A stretch of DNA of 64,000 nucleotides from Laetmonice hystrix (lineage: Eukaryota), in assembly GCA_965235115.1 (NCBI GenBank), contig OZ249436.1:65286001-65350000 (forward strand). Reading direction: 5' to 3'. The notes beneath the pieces are model-generated. The model saw only the letters and a program-made list of their open reading frames with translations, was not told the DNA's origin and did not search any database. Shown piece by piece: positions 49,175 through 60,775 of the stretch (its first letter is position 1; the number at the start of each line of letters is the position of its first letter). A program made the translations under genes and the position numbers.

Positions 49175-50430
49175 GTGAGTCATGGCACCAAACTCCTCCA
49201 CATCATCTAGTCCCAGACCCCCACAGAGCCAGTCAGTGGGCCCCAAACCGTGAGTCGTGGCACCAAACTCTCCTCCACATCATCTAGTCCACGACCCCCA
49301 CAGAACCAGTCAGTGGGCCCCAAACCAGGTGAGTCATGGTACCAAACTCTCCTCCACATCATCTAGTCCCAGACCCCCACAGAGCCAGTCAGTGGGCCCC
49401 AAACCGTGAGTCGTGGCACCAAACTCTCCTCCACATCATCTAGTCCACGACCCCCACAGAGCCAGTCAGTGGACCCCAAACCAGGTGAGTCATGGCACCA
49501 AACTCCTCCATATCATCTAGTCCCAGACCCTCACAGAGCCAGTCAGTGGGCCCCAAACCGTGAGTCGTGGCACCAAACTCTCCTCCACATCATCTAGTCC
49601 CAGACCCTCACAGAGCCAGTCAGTGGGCCCCAAACCAGGTGAGTCATGGCACCAAACTCTCCTCCACATCATCTAGTCCACGACCCCCACAGAACCAGTC
49701 AGTGGGCCCCAAACCAGGTGAGTCATGGTACCAAACTCTCCTCCACATCATCTAGTCACAGACCCTCACAGTGGGCCCCAAACCAGGTGAGTCATGGCAC
49801 CAAACTCCTCCACATCATCTAGTCCCAGACCCTCACAGAGCCAGTCAGTGGGCCCCAAACCAGGTGAGTCATGGTACCAAACTCTCCTCCACATCATCTA
49901 GTCCACGACCCCCACAGAACCAGTCAGTGGGCCCCAAACCAGGTGAGTCATGGCACCAAACTCTCCTCCACATCATCTAGTCCCAGACCCTCACAGAGCC
50001 AGTCAGTGGGCCCCAAACCAGGTGAGTCATGGTACCAAACTCTCCTCCACATCATCTAGTCCACGACCCCCACAGAACCAGTCAGTGGGCCCCAAACCAG
50101 GTGAGTCATGGTACCAAACTCTCCTCCACATCATCTAGTCCACGACCCCCACAGAACCAGTCAGTGGGCCCCAAACCAGGTGAGTCATGGTACCAAACTC
50201 TCCTCCACATCATCTAGTCACAGACCCTCACAGTGGGCCCCAAACCAGGTGAGTCATGGCACCAAACTCCTCCACATCATCTAGTCCCAGACCCTCACAG
50301 AGCCAGTCAGTGGGCCCCAAACCGTGAGTCGCGGCACCAAACTCTCCTTCACATCATCTAGTCCCAGATCCCCACAGAGCCAGTGAGTGGGCCCCAAACC
50401 AGGTGAGTCATGGCACCAAACTCTCCTCCA
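49100..50430. repeat. About 79-bp minisatellite, about 17 copies, spanning an exon-intron donor junction
   Basis: ...CCAGACCCTCACAGAGCCAGTCAGTGGGCCCCAAACCAG|GTGAGTCATGGCACCAAACTCTCCTCCACATCATCTAGT... Confidence 0.95.
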
Positions 50431-50869
50431 CCTCCTGTAGCTTCCCCTTATGTTGTCCTTATAGCAGATATCTCTAGAAAAATATTAATATATAGTGTAT
50501 ATTCTTGCTTGGGCTGCTTTTCCTCAGTTCATATTTTATCGGTATGACATTTTTTCTTGAACACTGCTCGTAGATGCTGTAAACTTAAACTGTATGAAAC
50601 CACCATTGGCGTGTAAATTTGCAAGGGTGAAATATTTTGCACCCTTAACTTTCTTGAGTTTTCTTCAATTGGGAAGATTTTATCAGTTATGCAACTCTGT
50701 TTTGCACCATTTATATTTGGTGTTTTTTGCAGAAATAAGAAATTTTAGCGTTGACAGCATTGAAGCATGTTGTTCTCCGTATTGTGTCCTTGGGGGAAGT
50801 TTGACTCTCGAAACTGCTTGAATCCTTCCGTTGATTTTGTTTCCTTTCCAACTATTTTCCCCTTCTCAG

Positions 50870-51412
50870 AAGACCCAACCGTCAAGGGCTATGACCCCAC
50901 CTTGACCTCTGATCTGACCCCCAAGTCAGACGGGAGGAGTGTCTTCTACCATGATCAAGGCATGCCAGTCTTCAGCTCATCTTCACCTCCTTTGACCGAG
51001 ACCACCTCAGGCTCCAGCATGTCTAAATTGACCGACACGTACCTAACCAAGGCACAAACCCAGCCTTCACTGAAATTTCTGGACCTCAGGAGTCCAAACT
51101 ATGGCTCGTATACGCCAGGTTTCGATCGGGACCCTTTTACAATGGACTTGCAACAATTTAGCCATTCTGATGAACAAAAGACGAACATTTCAAATGGTGG
51201 TTATCATAGCGATACAGCTATTGTTACGGGCAAGCCATTGCACTCAAGTGGTCAAATTGGCTATCGTTTGGCGCCAATGGCTGAAAATGGCTTCGACTCT
51301 GAACCAGCGCCATCTAGTGTGCAGCAAAGTAGCTATTCAGTGGCGCCGTCTAGTGAGTCTGAGAACCCAACATCAATGTCTAGTCGATCTCTCTCCCCGC
51401 GTCCCAAGCCAG
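50870..51412 (+). CDS. Internal Ser/Thr-rich exon
   Basis: long pyrimidine tract + ctcag|AA GAC...CCA G|gtgagt, 543 nt, phase 1-1, open throughout (part of ORF 50767-51426). Confidence 0.82.
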
Positions 51413-52035
51413 GTGAGTTTAGGTAGATTTAAGGATACAGATAAGTGGCTGTGGCTTATTGGTAAAGAGAAAGTAATGCTGCAACATGATACACAATGTG
51501 CTTTGTCTGGCTTATGAAATGTAAGGTAGAAATACAGAAATTAATGGTATGAAATAATATAAAGCGTAGGGGTGTTAATTTTAGCACTAAGTTGAATTGA
51601 TCAAATTCTACATACTCATATCCGATAGCGCACGGATGTCCTTTCTTCCCTTGGTAAAAACCAAGCGCAGCCCCTAGCATGGACTAACCGGGGGTATTTA
51701 GAAGAATAGAAACCCCATTATTAAATATATTTGGCATACACATGTCATAGAATGTGTTAACCCTAGCAATTCACGTTATTGTCTCATTACAAATTCAACA
51801 TCTACATCAAAAATAGATACTTTCTAAGGGAAACATGATTTTTTTTCTCGGAGCAACTCATTTTGGCAAAGCCTGCATTGATACAGTTTTAAATCAATCC
51901 TAAAATCCTGCACACCTGACCTGGACCTCGTCTTTGACATGGCATTTGCTTAGACTGGATGAGGTCAGTCCAGCCGCGGTCCCCTCCAGCCGGGGTCCTC
52001 TCCAGCTGGGGTCCTGTCCTAGGTTTAGTGGTTAA

Positions 52036-52243
52036 AGGCCCACTGTATACGTACTGTGAACGCCGTGTCGAAGAGAGCGGCACCCCATGGATATCCGTCC
52101 GAAGTCGGTTGACGCACACAGCCCGGGCCGTGGGAGGCGGCCTTGAGCAGAGTAGGTTATTTATAGAACAGTCAACCAACTTGGGGCGGATACCAGGGGG
52201 CGCCACTCTCTTCGACATGGCGTTTAAAGTATACAGTGGGCCT
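52036..52243. mobile_element. MITE, Kolobok-type
   Basis: TTAA|AGGCCCACTGTATAC...GTATACAGTGGGCCT|TTAA; about 50-bp imperfect TIRs; TTAA TSD with RR..YY termini indicates Kolobok rather than piggyBac. Confidence 0.8.
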
Positions 52244-52415
52244 TTAAGATGGTGAGGGTGAAGTAGTACATTCATCAAGTATAGGTTATATTTGTAGTGT
52301 AGGATTGTAGAAGTCATGCATGTCGTATTGTCAGTAGCTGTAGTGGAGCTGGTCTTAGCTGTGCCTAAAAGTAAAAGTCAGTATGAATGTCACTGCTGAT
52401 ACTTTGAAGTGAAGT

Positions 52416-52719
52416 TTGGTTGGAATGTCACTGTTGATGCCTTCATGTAGTTGGTTGGAATGTCACTGTTGATGCCTTCATGTAGTTGGTTGGAATGTCA
52501 CTGTTGATGCCTTCATGTAGTTGGTTGGAATGTCACTGTTGATGCCTTCATGTAGTTGGTTGGAATGTCACTGTTGATGCCTTCATGTAGTTGGTTGGAA
52601 TGTCACTGTTGATGCCTTCATGTAGTTGGTTAGAATGTCACTGTTGATGCTTTCATGTACACTGTAGTTGGTTGGAATGTCACGGTTGATGCCTTCATGT
52701 AGTTGGTTGGAATATCACT
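52416..52719. repeat. 35-bp minisatellite, about 8 copies
   Basis: GTTGGTTGGAATGTCACTGTTGATGCCTTCATGTA. Confidence 0.92.
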
Positions 52720-52837
52720 TACGATAGGTCCTACCTTGTAGTTGTCCTTTCCTGATTGTGGTGGTGTGGTTAAGGAGGATGGTTTGAGTTGGCCTGATGT
52801 CAGCCCCCATTGTGATCATTACCTGTTTGATCTTCAG

Positions 52838-53046
52838 GTGTGTGGAGCCCAGGGTCGCGACTGGAGCAACTTCCCACCGAGAGGCTGGAGCGGGAGGTGG
52901 CAAGGAGGGAGCCGGCGCCCGTGCAGGACCTCGCTCATGTCTGGGCGCCCTCAGGGTTGCTCAGTTCCCCGAAGAAGGAGTACAAGCCTGTTTACAACGA
53001 CGGCGCAGCTACGCTACCCTTACCTAAACAGAGTGAGAAACCACAG
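52838..53046 (+). CDS. Internal exon (VWSP / VWAP / YKPV motifs)
   Basis: tcttcag|GT GTG TGG...CCA CAG|gtaggt, 209 nt, phase 1-0; GVWSPGSRLEQ...HVWAPSGLLSSPKKEYKPVYND...EKPQ. Confidence 0.8.
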
Positions 53047-53211
53047 GTAGGTGGGCTATGGTCACTCATAGAAAGCTGTAGTTGTCAAAAGCACTCTTGT
53101 GATTTACAAATTATTATAGATTCAGGTTCATTATAAATGATTTTGAAGCACAGCAGAAATTTACGATTTTCATGAGTGAGCTTCCAAGAACTGGTTAAAA
53201 CATTGCTGCAG

Positions 53212-53434
53212 GTAAAGCCAGTAGATCCTTTCGCATGGAAACCCCGTGAACGCACCACCACAGCCACAAGCACTGTACCAACAGCCACCATGACTACAAC
53301 AACAACAACATTACATTCAACAACCTCACCAACGTTTACATCCTGGAACGGAACCATCAGTCATTTCTCCGAGTCCAAGAGCGGCCTCCCGACCCCCCAG
53401 AGCCCCACCATCACACTCCTCCAGAAGAGCAGAG
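53212..53434 (+). CDS. Internal Thr-rich exon ending PQSPTITLLQKSR
   Basis: ctgcag|GTA AAG CCA...AGA G|gtaagg, 223 nt, phase 0-1, matches both neighbours. Confidence 0.78.
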
Positions 53435-53865
53435 GTAAGGAGATGAAGTATCTGTGTAATAGATATAAAGTTTACATTGACTTATTTTACTGACAAGTAG
53501 TGGTAGAGACAGAACCCGTATCATCGAAGCACACGCTATGGGAGGATGGAAGTAGAGACTGGTCTACGTGGATGATATGTTGGTGTTGGCTCGGTGTCAG
53601 GAGCAGACAGTTATGTTGGCGTTCACCTTTGTAGTTCACCTTGTAGTTTAGTTTATAAAATAGATGAACAAGTAGACTACCCATCTCTATATCCTTCTCT
53701 TTCTTTTAAGTTCGTTCTCATATTATTTTCATTTAAATCTGTTATATTCATTGAAGCAGTGTTGGAGGTATATGTTGTAGGGATGAGTTGAGTAAACAGG
53801 TCTAAAAGTCTCCACGAGGCTTCCTCTGAAGATGTTCTTTCTAAGCTTCTCGTGACTCCTTTCAG

Positions 53866-55283
53866 CCATGGCAGCTCTTAAAACTCCTAGTGAGTCAAGT
53901 ATAACAGCGAGTGAGTCGAGTGAGATGTATGAATCCATCAGTGAATTTAGTGAAACGACAAATACGGATATCAGTGACTTAAGCAGTATATTCTGCGTTC
54001 CCTATGGGGCAAAGGACAAGGTGGCTGAGCTTCCCATTCAGGTTTCCAGTGTTAGCCATGTGCCAACTGTAAAGAGCGCCCCTGCGACGCCCAGACTCCA
54101 GGCTCGCAGTGAGGTACACATGCAGCCGACGCCTGTGAAAAGCACGCCCAGCTCACCCATGGTACGGTTGAAGCAGGGACCCGCCGTGCCTCCCAAACCT
54201 GTACAATCCCTTATCAAACCCGTACTACCTCTCATCAAACCCAAACGGTGGACCAGACCCTGCAAGTCTCTGTGGGAGTCGGACCTTGACAACGAACCAG
54301 CCTGGACTGCCGACCTGTTGGCACGGCTAGACGAGCTGGAAGCTAAAGATAACGCCTCAGTACAGAGAGGCCAGGTAGTTAGCCCAGAGCCCGCTCGACC
54401 CATGTCTCCAGAGATGAGACTCTTCCCCAACGAGCCTTTGTCGCCACTTCTTCCAGACTCCATACCCTTTCCTCTTCGACCTACCTCCCCTGAGAGTGAG
54501 ACTATCCCTGTCAGACCTGTCACCCCCATTACTCTCGAATCAAGAGCCATTCCTGCCCGACCAATAACTCCAAACCTTAAATCCCTTCCCATCCGTCCAG
54601 TCACCCCTGACCCAAAATGGCCTCCTCTCCGACCTCTGACCCCTGATCCTAGGATTATGGATGCACTACTTTACTCCCCTGTCCCTGCGGAGAGGTCAAA
54701 CATTGACCATGTCACCATCACTTCTACGAAGAGTGCGCCAGCCTCTCCTCAGGTAACTATCCGTAGCAGTGCAAAACTGAGAAACCTTTCACCAAAAAGT
54801 GCTCCTTCATCACCAGTCATCATGCGCACAATAAGGAACAAAACTAAGGCGAGGCAGCAACAGATTGTTCCAATGCCTGACCCGACGCCAGTACCTGTAG
54901 TCATTAGGAGTCAGCCTAGCTCTCCTGTGGTACAAATAAAAAGCAAGTATCGAGGTCGGGATCTTCTCTCACCTCCCAAGTCCTCAGCCAACCAGTTTCG
55001 ACAACAAGATCGCCCCCACAGCCCCTCACCGGTTCCTGTCCATGTACCGGTGGAGAAACTCTCCGATGTGCCGCTCAGTATGCCAGCACCGGTCGCCAAG
55101 TCCATCCCCACACAGGACAGACTGATGAGCAAGACGCCCCCAATCAAGCTGCGCCGCCCAAAGATGGCTCAGTGTAGGCAGCCTTTGTTACTCGTGAGTT
55201 CCCCTCCTGCATGCGTTTGGTTGGAGTGGACATCCAAATCAACAGGTCACCTTACAACATGTAAACCCACAAGAGAGTATTGA
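53866..55283 (+). CDS. Large Pro/Ser-rich alternative exon (terminal, first or cassette; 3' boundary uncertain)
   Basis: 471-codon non-repetitive ORF; ctcctttcag|CC ATG gives a phase-1 acceptor in frame with the 53434 donor; candidate donors after 55173 (phase 1, gtaggc) and 55193 (phase 0, gtgagt); stop at 55281-55283. Confidence 0.75.
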
Positions 55284-55579
55284 ATAGTACACTACAAGGC
55301 AGTTGATTGAGGAATGTCTGCCCTCAAAGATCAAGGCGAACCATCCAACTGTAGAGTTTTCACTCTTTGAACCAATGCTGAAGGCATCTCTTGTGGAAAT
55401 CTGACTCATCTTACGTGAGGTTCATGTTATTTTTATGAAGGGTACAAAAGTGTGTCATTGAAACCCCTGGTGATTGATTTTGATTCTCCTGACGTCTGGC
55501 TAAGATGATGAAGGTGAAGGAGAGCCAACCATTGTGAACGTGAACCCATACAAAGTGACACCGCGGGCCTGTTGATTTG

Positions 55580-55800
55580 TGCGGCTTACGTCGGGCTGGT
55601 GACGTGATACGTCCTGTTGACGTATCCAACCCGTCCTGCCACCCATTGTTACGTCACCATGAGACTTGCCAGGAGGTCGCCATGGCTGACGGCCCCCTGT
55701 ACCGCAGTTGTTAAACCCGCCCCTTCACCTCCCTCGCGAGCTTCTCTCTCACACACCACTCGTTCTCTGTTGTTCTTGTTTCACACACCGTTCACCCAGT
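55580..55800 (+). promoter_or_regulatory. Candidate internal promoter/enhancer (ACGT-core, CRE-like cluster)
   Basis: Five ACGT cores in about 70 bp (TTACGTC, TGACGTGA, ATACGTC, TTGACGTA, TTACGTCA), CpG-rich, followed by a CT-rich tract; motif evidence only. Confidence 0.35.
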
Positions 55801-57919
55801 TTGTCAGCTGTTTTGTCTTGAACCAGTTTTTATAGCCACTTTTGGTATTTTAAAATGTTTGTTGTGTTTTGACTTGGAGAATTTGAGCTCTGACCTTTGC
55901 TTTTGATATATCTTGCCTCACCTCACAGCGGGACGTATACTTAGAGTAAAGCCCACAAACAGCCGTTTTGACTTAACTAAATTTTGAGAAGTGACCGTCC
56001 AGTTTAATGTGTCTCTCTACCTTTTTTGACAGCAAGATGTATCATTGCACAGTCACTTAAGAAGGTTCTGAGTAAAGGTATGGTTTCCGAGGCCACCTTA
56101 CTCATCTTGATTCATCTATTTAAAACTGCCTTCTCAAGGCTCTTCGCTCATGTAGCCTGTCTATTCGATTTAGTTTGACAATTTCTTCTTGAGGTAGATT
56201 CTTTAGTGACTAGCCTCCTCCCATGGCGACCTGGGAGAAACTAGGTGCCGACTCTAACCTTGTTTTGGCCGTGAAGGTTGCCTTACATGCCGACACGACT
56301 TCCAATCACTATTACTCTGTCAGTCACTTTTCCTGTCCCTCACGTAGCATGTCCGGTCGGTTTAGTATGCCACTTTGTCAACACAGAGTTCTCCACTCAT
56401 TACTCAATATAGAATAGTATATCGAAGTCGGCGTCAAGACTTGACAAGACGTGAGCTTGAAGACGTAACAGTATGCCTCCCCGTCAGATTGCACCCGGTA
56501 GTCGTAGCAGTGCACCTAGTGCTGCCCTCTCGTGGTTGCTCATTACTCTACCAGGCCAACAAACTGGCAAACTGGTAAGAGTAGGAGGACAAGAAAAAGT
56601 AATCTGTATTGACACATCACGCTATTATGGCACCATCACATCAACATCTTAGTGTAGTTAGTTGTCCTGACTCTGCGCAAATCAGACATATATACATGTA
56701 TACGTTTTTGTAATGAAGCCATCAGTGTAAACAAGCTAAAGTATTTTTTCTTTTACATGATAAGTTTATTGTTACTGTAATTTTTATCCTTTGTGCTTCT
56801 TTGTGTCGTTATTTTATGTCTGTATTGTGTGTGTGTAAGAGAAGCCTTGTGTCGGCGTTAAGATTTGAAATGTTGATGTAGAAAGCTAGCATAACTACGT
56901 TCGCAGTAGCTTTGTAACTCAAGTAATGGTTTGGTGACTTTAACCCGAATTTATCAGAATGCATCCCAAACCCTTTATACATATTTTAGTGTTTATACGG
57001 TCTAATTTATGATTGTTCAGTGAAAGAATTGATATTGGTTGCAAGCAGAAAAAAAAACATTGCACTTCTCGTTCCCTACCTAAATAACATTGTGTATTAG
57101 CTGTCTCTTTGTCAACACGAGTCCAAAGGTGAAAAGTAATAATACTTGAGAGGAGTGATATGACCTTATCACTGTTTGCCTTTAGTCGATAAACACTGAC
57201 CAGTATTATTAATCTAGTTAAAAAAATAGGAGAGGGTCATAAGAAATATGGGCAAGAATGGGCCAGGCTCAGTCAGTAACATCCACACCCTGTGTAACAT
57301 TCACGACTCTATACAGGGCCGCCGAGAGCCAGAAGGGAGAAACTTATTTCCCGGTCGCGGGGCAAAACCTAGCCCGGGACCCCTTTCTTATTAGATTAAA
57401 AAAAGTATTTAAACAAAGCTGGGCCCTGTGTGAGGTCTTGCTAGGCCGCAGAGTAGTTAGCTCACTGGCATTCTCTCGGCGGTGCTGAATCAGTGAGTTA
57501 CAAACTAAAAGCCTAACTCTATGAGCAAAGCCAGTGCCCCAGATTGCCCATCATCATCATCATGAGGTAGTTTTGTGTGTGTACACGTCATCAGTTCCTG
57601 TGTTCCTTCACCCAAGCCTCGCCATCATGGCTTCCACCGCCAGCCCCCTCACAGTGTGAGTTCACCTTGACTTGTGGTTTTAGTTTGTGCATGCGTACCT
57701 TAGCAGGTCTACGCTTCTCTAAGCAGATGAAGTTTGCAGTGATGAAGGATGGTGGTTTTTCTAGTGGTAGAATTAAATCAAATGTTACCTGGCATGATTT
57801 GGCATAAACCTAAGTAAGCCATCCTGCACTACTGGGGAAGCCACAAGGACTGTGTGGCCGACGTCATTGAAGCCATCTGCTTAGCGGGGCGGCCTATAAA
57901 GACCTGTGTATATTTTCAG

Positions 57920-57976
57920 ACGATGAAGACCCAAGTTTGGCGCAATGGCCTGGTTCGAGTTCTGTTATGGTCACTG
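57920..57976 (+). CDS. Candidate 57-nt symmetric cassette exon
   Basis: tattttcag|AC GAT GAA...ACT G|gtaaga, phase 1-1, (D)DEDPSLAQWPGSSSVMVT; strong splice sites only. Confidence 0.45.
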
Positions 57977-60184
57977 GTAAGACTGTTTGGCTGCATCGTG
58001 CTGCCTGCGTCCGTCAACTCTCACCCGACATACCCACAAATATCTGTAACATCGTCACGCCTCTTGTTTCATCACTCACTCAAGTCCAACACGATTTCCG
58101 ACTATTTCAATGAAAAATCTTATTTTTATTTACGTTCATATTTTTTTTTTCTTTTTCTACTTTTATTTATTACATCTTTTGGTTTTGTAATCACTTTGCA
58201 TCGCTGTAAAACTAACACACTTGGGGAAACCATTTTGGTGACTAACCTCATTATTATTATTAATATATTTGAGATGAATTGTGACGCCCTATGGTAAGAA
58301 CGTGTATTGTACATGTGTTGATAGTCCTGACTATCGTCTTGTGTCCTCGCCACTGTAGCCAGTGCTCTCTCATACCAAACTCGTTGCTAAATCGTGCAGC
58401 TGCTACTACTATGACGTTCCCCATGTAGGATGCTTTGTGCCGTCGGTGTTAGCCGATAGGTGGCACCACGTGCGTAACAAATACGACCGGATCGTTGTAG
58501 GCTCAGGATAATACAACATAGAATTATATAAGGTACATTCTAGTGATATCAACATTAAGTTAAACCCATACACCTTCTTGTAATTAGAAACCCAAAATTA
58601 GTTATTTATTTAGAATTAAAAGTTCACTTAATGCGTTCCACAGTTCTTCCCCCGTGTAGACATCGTGAGGGTTTCCAAAAAAATCTAAGTAGTTGCCCTC
58701 TTCAAGGTCGCTCACACAAAATGGGAAAAACTTGGCCCTAACCAAAATAAGGGGCACCGTAGCCGTTAGTGTTACTGTAGAGGTTAATAAGTTTGGATTT
58801 ATGTTGTAGAATTTTATCTTGAGTTTATTTGTTGCACTAGCTTGTATGAAAGACAATACGTGCCCAGAGCTTCCAAGCCCAGTCCCCTTCCACCCCTTTT
58901 TTGGAAAAAATATTTTAAATGATATTGTATCGAGTATATGTGTTGTGATATTGTCATATCTGATGTTTAGCCGGAGGTTAAATGTAAGGCGGTTAATGGA
59001 ATTAACACTTGGAAGCTCTGACTATATGCCGACTTGTGTCATTCACGGATATACATTGTATATTAGTGATACTAGCCCTTAGTTATACCCAAAACCTGAC
59101 AATATCGAAACCCCAGTCGTCATGACACCTTAGCAATTCATTTATTTTTTAGAAATTTATCGATTTATATTTTCTCATTGTCTTATTTCGTTCTTGATTG
59201 GGTGTTTTATGGAAATGCAAAGAATTAACCCAAAAGGAAGCGCAGTGCCTTAATTTGGGAACAGAGTGCTTTTTACTAAAAGGTGTGGATGCGTTGGTTA
59301 AACTCTTGCTTTGATAGGGTTTTAGTTATTTTTTAGATCAAATGTAAAATTCTAAGATTATTGAAAGCAAGATTAACTCACATTGCCTCAAAAAAATTGT
59401 TTTGTAAATATATTTTGATCATGTGTTGCCCGATAATCTTTTTCTTTCAATTTTTGAGAAAAATCTTTTTGTCCAATTTCCTCGTCAAGAATGATCTGAT
59501 TTTGCTTAATGTGTCCATCTTAATGTAAACAAGTATTTCTACAGAGGATACCATAGGTTTAGTATATTGTATATAAAGTGATCAATGTGACGAATCTCAT
59601 TTATATTTTATTGTGTATTAGATGGACAGAAGAAGATTATAAATCGTGAACAATTGTAAAAGTAATTCTGCCGTATTGGTTCAGTTATTGATATTTTGTA
59701 ACAGCGACAACTGGAACTTGTTATTATGACGATTTAATTTTATTTTTATTCAGTTTGTTGTATCTATTCCGTTACAGTTAGTAGATTAAGCTTAACCCCT
59801 TTTACCGAAAATCTAAGCTATGATACATTCATGATCGTTAAGTCAGGTTGTGAACACCATGGACCATAAGAATTCCTATGTTTATACCGACATGCCTACC
59901 TTGGACAAGATTATTCCTTCCCCCAAAACAACTTACACCTTTACCGTGTCACATAGAATCAAATGTAGGCCTCCCTATACTGTGTTATTATGGGGGTATT
60001 ATCAATAAATACACCTGTGTGTGTTGTACGTTTTTTTCAGATTCGGCAAATGGTGATTATTTTCAGGTATTTATATTTTAGAGGTGAATATCTGATGTAC
60101 CTGGAATGATCGATGATGAACTACTCGTGGCCAAGCGAGAAGGTTAGCTATATAGTAATGGCTAGTTCTGTGTCTCTCCACCAG

Positions 60185-60381
60185 ATGGCTCTCTCCCCAA
60201 GGGCGCCTTGTACATGGGAACGAAGGAGACGGTAGATGGCGATATGAAACACACTGATACCTTCTACATGGTACCTGGGGAGAAAACAACAACGACACGG
60301 ACAATAGAGAAAAAGGCACCAAGGTATGCAGGAGTCGGGCCCAAGGACAAGGATACTGGCATGCCCGTCAGCCTCAGGACG
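60185..60381 (+). CDS. SORBS: Exon encoding the N-terminal half of the SoHo (sorbin homology) motif
   Basis: ctccaccag|AT GGC...AGG ACG|gtaagt, 197 nt, phase 1-0; ends YAGVGPKDKDTGMPVSLRT, matching the SoHo pattern YPGIGPVDESGIPxAIRT. Confidence 0.9.
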
Positions 60382-60693
60382 GTAAGTAACACTGTGGGTG
60401 TGATTTATTTACAAGGATATAGGTATGTCAATATCACTAAGACAGTGAAGTGTGTGTTGGTTAATAGGGACATGGGTATGTACGTTGTAAATCAGCGAGA
60501 GAGGTGTTTTTATTTCGGCAAAAATCCCGGAGAAATATTGGAAACCGTAAAAATAGTCGCCCTGTCCATGGCAGACAACCTGCAGCTCCAGAAAACATAC
60601 AAAGGATCTTGTCAGTGTGCTGCAGAATGGTGTTGGGTATAAAGTGTTGTCCTATTGTGTGTCTGATAGGCGACCTGTCTGTGTTTCTTACAG

Positions 60694-60775
60694 ACCGTGG
60701 ATGAAGGCAGCCAGAAAGAGTGGTACAAACAGATGTACAAGTCCCTACACAAGGACCACAAACCCAAGTCTAAAG
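60694..60775 (+). CDS. SORBS: Exon encoding the C-terminal half of the SoHo motif
   Basis: ttcttacag|ACC GTG...AAA G|gtgagt, 82 nt, phase 0-1; TVDEGSQKEWYKQMYKSLHKDHKPKSK, matching SoHo TVDRPKDWYKTMFKQIH. Confidence 0.92.

Noticed and set aside
19081-52719. Regular repeat arrays as possible CRISPR loci
   Set aside because: Units are contiguous with no unique spacers, there are no cas genes, and the context is eukaryotic introns
57258-57488. ORF starting MGQAQS (myristoylation-like) and short CAGGGCC inverted ends
   Set aside because: No compatible splice donor, no TSD, and a 7-bp inverted match is expected by chance
60080-60142. Mini-exon MIDDELLVAKRE with phase-1 donor
   Set aside because: It would leave only a 42-nt intron before 60185, probably too short; no other support
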